Origin: a bacterium UBP13_UBA5359
GTDB lineage: Bacteria; UBP13; UBA5359
Direction: 5' to 3'
Assembly: GCA_002410925.1 (NCBI GenBank)
Contig: DHPR01000029.1
Span: 62,001-92,339 of the forward strand
Length of the DNA stretch: 30,339 nt
The notes beneath the pieces are model-generated. The model saw only the letters and a list, made by a program, of their open reading frames with translations, did no database searches and had not been told where the DNA came from. Below, piece by piece: positions 20,304 to 28,313 of the stretch. Position 1 is the stretch's first letter. Every line of letters begins with the position of its first letter. A program made the translations under genes and the position numbers.

Positions 20304-21168
20304 CGTTTCCCCCTCCATTATCGTCAGGCAGCTTCCCAGCTTGCTGAGCCATCTTTTTTTCCTGCGTTTTTACACGACGTTCCAACTTCTTTATATCCTC
20401 TGATGGCGGCAACTCTTCTGGTTTAATGCCACGCTGCCCGAGCATTGCACGGACAGAACGATTGTTTTGAGTATGCTCATCTGTAATTGGCGTTTCGCCA
20501 CGCAAATCCTTTTCTTCAACATTGTAATTGGTCATTTCAGTCGCAAGATTCTTTGCCGCGATTGATAATGTGGGCAAAAAATCTGCCAGAGGACGATTAT
20601 CTTTCACACCGAGTATCGCCTTCATATCCTGTGTGGTATAGCCGCCAAATAGTGCACGATCACCCTTAGAACGAATGCGCCCAAAACCAGCATCATCAAC
20701 CCCGCGTTCATATATGTTTTGCGATAAACGTTTTTCGGATTCTTTCAGACGGCCACGGGCTTCTGTCCGTTCGATATAGGCGATACGATCTTCAATCAAT
20801 TCTTGCTTTCTTGTCTGGAAAGCAAAATAGCTCTGTGCAAATGCAATTTCCTCTTTTTTTGGATCACCGTTTTGAGCAATTAAATAGCAAGCATAACGAG
20901 TTAATATATAGTCTTTTACTTCGCGCTTTGAACCACTGCCTAATTGAACCATTTTCGTGACCTCACGAAAATGGTCTGACACTTCTATTCCTGTGGCTTG
21001 ACAGGAATCAACTGCGCGTGAAATTGCTTTATCAAAATTCTCCCATCGCTCATAGCCAAGTAAAGGCATGAGTTCTCTGGCAAACCAATATTCGATATTT
21101 CCATCTTCAATACTGTGAACAACAATATCAAACTGCTGTTTTATCAATGCAATACGCTTTTTATCCAT
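20296..21168 (-). CDS. dinD: DNA-damage-inducible protein D family (BRO-N-like N-terminus)
   Basis: EYWFARELMPLLGYERWENF, LTRYACYLIAQNGDPKKEEIAFAQSYFA, GIKPEELPPSEDIKKLERRV. Confidence 0.93.
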   Translation of the reverse strand: MDKKRIALIKQQFDIVVHSIEDGNIEYWFARELMPLLGYERWENFDKAISRAVDSCQATGIEVSDHFREVTKMVQLGSGSKREVKDYILTRYACYLIAQNGDPKKEEIAFAQSYFAFQTRKQELIEDRIAYIERTEARGRLKESEKRLSQNIYERGVDDAGFGRIRSKGDRALFGGYTTQDMKAILGVKDNRPLADFLPTLSIAAKNLATEMTNYNVEEKDLRGETPITDEHTQNNRSVRAMLGQRGIKPEELPPSEDIKKLERRVKTQEKKMAQQAGKLPDDNGGGNDD

Positions 21169-21407
21169 TATTCTGCCTCCGCAACATTCTTTTTCTCAGT
21201 GTTATTCGGCACGAATTCCATTATGTCTTCCACATTGACTCGCAGCGCAGAGCCTATTTTAAGCAACACGTCCATGCTAACATTCTGGTGCTTAGACAGC
21301 TTCGCCACGGAAGATGGGCTGATTTTTGCAAGAATTTGCAAATCCTGCTTATTCATATCTCGGTCTATCAATAACTTCCACAGCTTTTTATAGCTTACGA
21401 CCAGCAT
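21168..21407 (-). CDS. Xre/Cro-C1-type helix-turn-helix regulator
   Basis: VSYKKLWKLLIDRDMNKQDL...ISPSSVAKLSK...VSMDVLLKI...VEDIMEFV; GAGGTGG RBS; stop overlaps the dinD start. Confidence 0.92.
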   Translation of the reverse strand: MLVVSYKKLWKLLIDRDMNKQDLQILAKISPSSVAKLSKHQNVSMDVLLKIGSALRVNVEDIMEFVPNNTEKKNVAEAE

Positions 21408-21437
21408 TGTACCACCTCGCATATCATATTAAATTTT

Positions 21438-21498
21438 ATTATAGCATATAATCTTCGAGTTCGCAATAAATATCGTGTAAATTCGAATATAATATTCG
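21438..21498 (-). promoter_or_regulatory. Sigma70 promoter for the xre-dinD-mod-res operon plus a palindromic operator candidate
   Basis: Minus strand TTGCGA (21466-21461), 17 nt, TATAAT (21443-21438) with extended TG; palindrome CGAATAT-A-ATATTCG at 21484-21498. Confidence 0.75.
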
Positions 21499-21530
21499 GA
21501 TCATACTTGGACTACCCAATTATCAATCTC

Positions 21531-21567
21531 TGCGGCATCCGTAAAACATCGGATGCCGCATTTTTTT
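21531..21567 (+). terminator. Intrinsic terminator upstream of the replication module
   Basis: TGCGGCATCCG / CGGATGCCGCA 11-bp stem followed by T7. Confidence 0.88.
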
Positions 21568-21578
21568 GTGTGTCTTGG

Positions 21579-21955
21579 TACGAATTTACCTTCTGCCTGT
21601 CCTGTACGAGGTGAGGGGGTTTACTTCTGCCGTTCTCGTGGCCTACCTGTAAAGGCAAGAATTTTTCATAAACAGGTGTATAAAACAGCTTCTAAATCTC
21701 CGTATAGCGTAAGAACAAAAGAGTTTTCTCGTTTCACTACGGATTTAGCCATGTGCCTGTCCAGTAGGAAGTGAGGAGCAGGAAATATAGGTCGACACAT
21801 GTGGGTTAATATTTTCGGCTTATAGCAGAGGGGTAAAAAGAAATTTTTAAAGATTTCGTTCAAACAGTCTCTTAAGCTCCAGTGGTTAGTGGAAAGGGAA
21901 TTTTTCAAAGCACCCCATTAAAACAGCCTGTTTTTATCCGTACCTTGTGAGGCTA
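21579..21955 (+). promoter_or_regulatory. Non-coding array of about seven imperfect promoter-like motifs
   Basis: 21579-21618 and 21738-21778 match at 33 of 41 aligned positions; three further units start AAACAG (about 21682, 21862, 21920); units end in GT(G/A)A(G/A)-type purine tracts. Confidence 0.5.
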
Positions 21956-21987
21956 CAAAAATACAAACCCCGGAAGGAAGTGAACAA

Positions 21988-24318
21988 ATGCAATACGACA
22001 ATCTGCCAAAGGAGCTGCGCGACAACGGCGCATTTTGCCTGTGGAACTATGAAGAGCGCAAAGGACAGGTAAAACCTGCAAAGGTGCCTTATCAAATCTG
22101 TGGCAAGCGTGCGCAGTCAAACAATGAATGTACATTTTCCAGTTACTCTGACACAGTCGCGGCGGTGAGTAAATATAACGGTCTGGGGCTTGGTATATTT
22201 CGTGGCTTTAGTGCCGTGGACGTAGACCACTGCATTAATGCGAACGGTACGCTGACCGATATCGGGCAATCCATCGTGGACATATTTACAGGCTGCTACA
22301 TCGAGAAAAGTCCCTCCGGCACCGGCCTGCGTATCCTTTTTAAGGCAACGGGCTTTAAATACGATATCGCAAAGTACTACATTAATAACACCAAACTCGG
22401 CGTTGAGGTGTACGTTTACGGCGCGACAAAGAAATTCGTGACCGTTACGGGCAACGTCTACCAGCAGGGTGATATTCTTGAAGCTGAGGCGCATCTGCAA
22501 ACGCTTCTCGATAGTTTTATGATTCGAGCAGTAAAGCCGAGCGAGAAATACAGCTCAGAACAACAGCCCGCAGTGGCGGCCTCCTATCTTTCAGATGACA
22601 GCGTCATTGAAAAAGCGAAAGCGGCAAAAAATGGAGCGGCGTTTGCAAAGCTCTGGGAGGGTGATATCAGCGGATACCCGTCACAGAGCGAAGCCGACCT
22701 TGCTTTCTGTTCCCACCTTGCGTTCTGGTGTGGTAAGGACATAGCACAGATGGACAGGCTGTTCCGGCGCTCTGGTCTTTACCGTGACAAGTGGGACAGA
22801 CCACAGAGCGGCTCGACCTACGGACAAATCACTCTTGGAAAAGCGGCATCGCTCTGCGCAACTGTCTATCAGCCAATCCTGCACACCGATGCAAATGAGG
22901 ACTTCGGTATTCTAGCGCCGAGGTTGGCAGAACTGAAGCCGGACAGCAATAGACGCTACGGCTGGTCGGACAGCGGCGCAGGGCGGCTTTTCGCGGACGT
23001 CTACAAGCCTTACGCAAGATATGTGCCGGAGCGGAAGGTCTGGTACGTCTATGACGGCACCCGCTGGGTCACTGACATGGCAGCTCTAAAGGTAATGGAA
23101 CTGTGCAAAGACCTCTCGGACGCTCTTATGACATACGCGCTCAGCATCCACGATGAGCATAAGCGAAAAGACTACATTAAATATTGCGCCAAATGGCAGA
23201 TCCGCGGTGTTCGAATTACAGTCCTGAACGATGCGCAGAGCGTGTATCCCATTTCAATGGAGGATTTCGATACTGACCGGTACCTGTTCAACTGCAACAA
23301 CGGAACATTGGATTTACGCACCATGCAGTTTCGCGACCACAGCCCGGAGGACAGGCTTACCAAAATCGCACCTGTGAAATATGATCCGAGCGCCGCGCGC
23401 CCCCGCTTCACCAGCTTCATCGATGAAATTATGAGTGGTGATAAGGAAAAGGCGAAGTTCCTGCAAAAGGCTCTCGGCTATGCGGTCAGTGGGGATACCC
23501 GTTTCGAGTGTATGTTCTTCCTTTACGGCGAAACGACCAGAAACGGCAAAGGCACTCTAATGGAGAGCATCCTGCGTGTGTTCGGGGATTACGGGAAAGC
23601 GGTGCGCCCGGAGACCATTGCGCTCAAGCAGTACAGTAATAGTTCAAACCCCAGTGAGGATGTCGCAAGGCTAGCGGGTGTGCGCTTTGCCAACATCTCC
23701 GAACCGAGCCGTGGATTGTTACTCAATGCCGCGCAAGTAAAAAGCATGACGGGCAACGATACCTTAAACGCGCGCTTCCTGCATGAGAACTCCTTCGATT
23801 TCGCTCCGCAGTTTAAGCTGTATGTCAACACCAACTATCTGCCTGTCATTAACGACATGACGCTGTTCACCAGCGGGCGTGTGCTGATAGTCCCGTTTGA
23901 CAGGCATTTTGAGGAATGGGAACAGGACAAGACGCTGAAAGCAGAGTTCGGCAAGCCAGAGACGCAGAGCGCCATCCTCAACTGGCTGCTTCAAGGTTAC
24001 ATTATGCTCCGCAAAGAGGGTTTCACCATGCCACAGTCGGTAATAGATGCGACATACGAATATTCCCATGACAGCAATAAAATCCAGCTATTCGCGGATG
24101 AGCACCTTGAGGAGCGGGGTGATGCCGATGTAAAGACCGCCGATGTGTACGCTGCCTACCGTGAATGGTGCGGTATAAACGGCTGCTACCCGGAGAGCAA
24201 TCGCAACTTCAATCAAGCACTGCGCTCCTTCGGTACCGTCGTTCGCAAGCGCCCTGCCGATGGCGGGGAGAAGACCACATTGCTCATCGGCTACAGGCTC
24301 AAAAAGACGTTTTTATGA
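21988..24318 (+). CDS. Primase-polymerase / SF3 helicase fusion (NrS-1-like primpol plus P4/D5-family helicase)
   Basis: DVDHC and EKSPSGTGL primpol motifs; SQSEADLAFCSHLAFW...MDRLFRRSGLYRDKWD helical bundle; D5_N region; GETTRNGKGT Walker A; KSMTGNDTLNARFL. Confidence 0.93.
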   Translation: MQYDNLPKELRDNGAFCLWNYEERKGQVKPAKVPYQICGKRAQSNNECTFSSYSDTVAAVSKYNGLGLGIFRGFSAVDVDHCINANGTLTDIGQSIVDIFTGCYIEKSPSGTGLRILFKATGFKYDIAKYYINNTKLGVEVYVYGATKKFVTVTGNVYQQGDILEAEAHLQTLLDSFMIRAVKPSEKYSSEQQPAVAASYLSDDSVIEKAKAAKNGAAFAKLWEGDISGYPSQSEADLAFCSHLAFWCGKDIAQMDRLFRRSGLYRDKWDRPQSGSTYGQITLGKAASLCATVYQPILHTDANEDFGILAPRLAELKPDSNRRYGWSDSGAGRLFADVYKPYARYVPERKVWYVYDGTRWVTDMAALKVMELCKDLSDALMTYALSIHDEHKRKDYIKYCAKWQIRGVRITVLNDAQSVYPISMEDFDTDRYLFNCNNGTLDLRTMQFRDHSPEDRLTKIAPVKYDPSAARPRFTSFIDEIMSGDKEKAKFLQKALGYAVSGDTRFECMFFLYGETTRNGKGTLMESILRVFGDYGKAVRPETIALKQYSNSSNPSEDVARLAGVRFANISEPSRGLLLNAAQVKSMTGNDTLNARFLHENSFDFAPQFKLYVNTNYLPVINDMTLFTSGRVLIVPFDRHFEEWEQDKTLKAEFGKPETQSAILNWLLQGYIMLRKEGFTMPQSVIDATYEYSHDSNKIQLFADEHLEERGDADVKTADVYAAYREWCGINGCYPESNRNFNQALRSFGTVVRKRPADGGEKTTLLIGYRLKKTFL

Positions 24319-24319
24319 T

Positions 24320-24407
24320 GGGGCACTCTGTGGCAAGAAATTATGGTTATTCCCTATAGAAAAACGATATCAGCAAATAACCATAAAAACCTGCCACAAG
24401 TGTCCCC
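24320..24407. repeat. Long imperfect inverted repeat, candidate replication origin
   Basis: GGGGCACTCTGTGGCA..TTATGGTTATT mirrored by AATAACCATAA..TGCCACAAGTGTCCCC around an AT-rich centre, immediately after the primase stop. Confidence 0.65.
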
Positions 24408-24500
24408 AAGGCGAAAAGGAGGTGGTGCCTTTGATTGCACTGATACGGCATTCAGAGGAATGCGGACTGTGATTCAAATAAAAACGAAAGGAAAAACACT

Positions 24501-24743
24501 ATGAAAAACACAAAGATGTACCCGGCAATGCAGCCGAGTGATTTCGACTGCCAGGGCTATGAAGGTCGGTTTCTGTTTCAAACGAATGATGGCAGACCTG
24601 TTGTACTAGCTCAGTACAATGACCCCGACCGCGCTATATGGCGCGTCATGTTCGGCACGTCTTCGGTGTTCTTTGGAACATACGGAGAGGCAATGGAATA
24701 CTGCAAAGCGCGCTTTTTAAGCAGAAGCGGCAAGCCGCTGTGA
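24501..24743 (+). CDS. Small hypothetical protein (80 aa)
   Basis: GAAAGGA RBS, co-oriented in the module, protein-like composition. Confidence 0.7.
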   Translation: MKNTKMYPAMQPSDFDCQGYEGRFLFQTNDGRPVVLAQYNDPDRAIWRVMFGTSSVFFGTYGEAMEYCKARFLSRSGKPL

Positions 24744-24758
24744 AGATTGGAGGCAATC

Positions 24759-24986
24759 ATGCGAATCGCAAAGTATTTCAAAGATTTCATTTTCCGCAAA
24801 TGCAAACACAGCACCTACGGAACGCTGCACTTGGTAGGCTCTACCGGAGAACCAGTGACGGTAACAAAGGAAATCCGTTACAACATCTCAAGAAGCGCAT
24901 CGACAGTACACATCAACAGCTACCCAGACCTTGCGGAGTTTTGCAAGAAAAGCGGATACAGAACGGCGGATGGCAAAAATCTGTAA
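24759..24986 (+). CDS. Small basic hypothetical protein (75 aa)
   Basis: GGAGG RBS before ATG 24759; follows the previous ORF closely. Confidence 0.65.
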   Translation: MRIAKYFKDFIFRKCKHSTYGTLHLVGSTGEPVTVTKEIRYNISRSASTVHINSYPDLAEFCKKSGYRTADGKNL

Positions 24987-24994
24987 GCCTGCGC

Positions 24995-25090
24995 CCGGTG
25001 GGGGCGGTCAAATCTCCACAACTTTTCATCTCGGACAGCGGCGTGGGGCAACGCGCGTGAAAACGCGGTTTCAAACGGGGTAATAGCCCC
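24995..25090 (+). other. Putative cos-type packaging site
   Basis: Non-coding GC-rich GTGGGGGCGGTCAAATCTC...GGACAGCGGCGTGGGGC..CGCG; from recall this resembles the HNH-terS intergenic region of HK97-type Firmicute phages; not verified by search. Confidence 0.5.
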
Positions 25091-25121
25091 TAATCAAACA
25101 AAATTCAGGAGGATAACAACA

Positions 25122-26036
25122 ATGTTAGCAAATGAAACTTATTCCAGAGCGTTCTGGAACAGCATGAGAAACAAAAATACTGATAACAGCATGCTCGAAG
25201 AAGCTGTAAATCGTGCCAATGGCTCATATTTCCTGCCCGAAGCATCAGCGGAAAAATATGCAGCGGCATTGGCGAAAGAAAACCTGTTCCGCACAAGGGC
25301 TACATTCGTGAGAGCGACAACGAGCAGCGGCAGAATTATCACCTCGGATACTCCTGTTGATGCGGACTGGGTTAGCGAAGGAGGGACAGTACCCGAAGCG
25401 GAGCTGGTGGCAGACAGAATCGCTCTGGGCGAGCATAAGCTCGCTTGTATCTCGGTACTGGATAGCGATTTTGTCCATGATACAGGCTTCAACATCTCTG
25501 ACTATCTGCCACGCGATTTCGCCCGTGTTTTCGCTAAAGCGGAGGAGGATGCATTCCTCAACGGTGATGGTGTCGGAAAGCCCAAGGGTCTCTTGCACGC
25601 CACAGCGGGTGCTGATGTAGGCGTAACGGCAGCTTCGGCAACGAATATCGCCTTTGATGAAATTCACAAGCTGTACTTCTCGCTAAAGCCGGAATACCGT
25701 TCCAATGCGATATGGGTCATGAATGACGAGACTGCGCTCGGATTGCGCGACCTTAAGGACAGCACCGGCAACTATCTCTGGCGCGGTGCGGCGGACACGC
25801 TGCTCGGCAAGCCTGTGGTTATTTCCAATCACATGCCCTCTGCGGCAAGCGGCACAAAGCCAGCCCTGTTCGGTGACTTCAAGTACTACTGGGTCGTGGA
25901 GCGGCAGCCGCTGTCCATCAGGGCACTTCACGAAAAATACTCCTTTGCCAACAAGGTAGGATATCTCGGTATAGAAACGCTGGATGGCTGCCTGATTCGC
26001 TCCGAAGCGATCAAGGTTCTCCAAATGGCTGAATAA
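25122..26036 (+). CDS. HK97-fold phage major capsid-family protein with shortened N-terminus
   Basis: GSYFLPE, ADWVSEG, EEDAFLNGDGVGKPKGLL, NAIWVMND, LKDSTGNYLW, TLLGKPV, FGDFKYY; AGGAGG RBS; 304 aa. Confidence 0.93.
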   Translation: MLANETYSRAFWNSMRNKNTDNSMLEEAVNRANGSYFLPEASAEKYAAALAKENLFRTRATFVRATTSSGRIITSDTPVDADWVSEGGTVPEAELVADRIALGEHKLACISVLDSDFVHDTGFNISDYLPRDFARVFAKAEEDAFLNGDGVGKPKGLLHATAGADVGVTAASATNIAFDEIHKLYFSLKPEYRSNAIWVMNDETALGLRDLKDSTGNYLWRGAADTLLGKPVVISNHMPSAASGTKPALFGDFKYYWVVERQPLSIRALHEKYSFANKVGYLGIETLDGCLIRSEAIKVLQMAE

Positions 26037-26045
26037 CAGCAATGC

Positions 26046-26079
26046 GCGGTGCTGGGTCTGCACTCAGGCTCAGTACCGC
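26046..26079 (+). other. Strong hairpin after the capsid gene, without U-tract
   Basis: GCGGTGCTGGGTCTG-CACT-CAGGCTCAGTACCGC, 15-bp stem with G-U pairs. Confidence 0.55.
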
Positions 26080-26109
26080 CATCCATAACATAGATGGGAG
26101 GTGTCGCTT

Positions 26110-28067
<1,958 letters not shown>

Positions 28068-28077
28068 CAGGGATATA

Positions 28078-28112
28078 AAATCCCTATGTGAGGACAGCTT
28101 CCGACGCCTTTT
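28078..28112. repeat. Right attachment junction
   Basis: Element arm AAATCCCTATGTGA (28078-28091), 7 nt, TT core (28099-28100), host arm CGCCTTTT (28105-28112). Confidence 0.8.
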
Positions 28113-28117
28113 TTATT

Positions 28118-28297
28118 CTATTCACGAGCTTCGTATACCCGTGAATCTTTGTTTTTTACTCTGCTCTTTGCCAGAGCAGCTTCAAGCGCAGTCGCTTCCT
28201 CGGGAGTCATCGCTTTAAGCTCCCGCAGCAGAGGCCAATTTTTTACGTCCGTATTATAAAGCGTAACAATTTCTATTGTTTTTTTACCATTCATCAT
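28118..28297 (-). CDS. Unannotated 59-aa protein at the CRISPR trailer
   Basis: GGGGGTGA RBS, ATG, MMNGKKTIEIVTLYNTDVKNWPLLRELKAMTPEEATALEAALAKSRVKNKDSRVYEARE, stop just before the reconstructed terminator. Confidence 0.65.
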   Translation of the reverse strand: MMNGKKTIEIVTLYNTDVKNWPLLRELKAMTPEEATALEAALAKSRVKNKDSRVYEARE

Positions 28298-28313
28298 CTA
28301 AAATCACCCCCAA

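Noticed and set aside
22300-22340. Primpol motif reading SPSGTGLR instead of ...GLH as a sign of inactivation
   Set aside because: A single substitution in an otherwise intact 776-aa ORF; it cannot be judged without an alignment.
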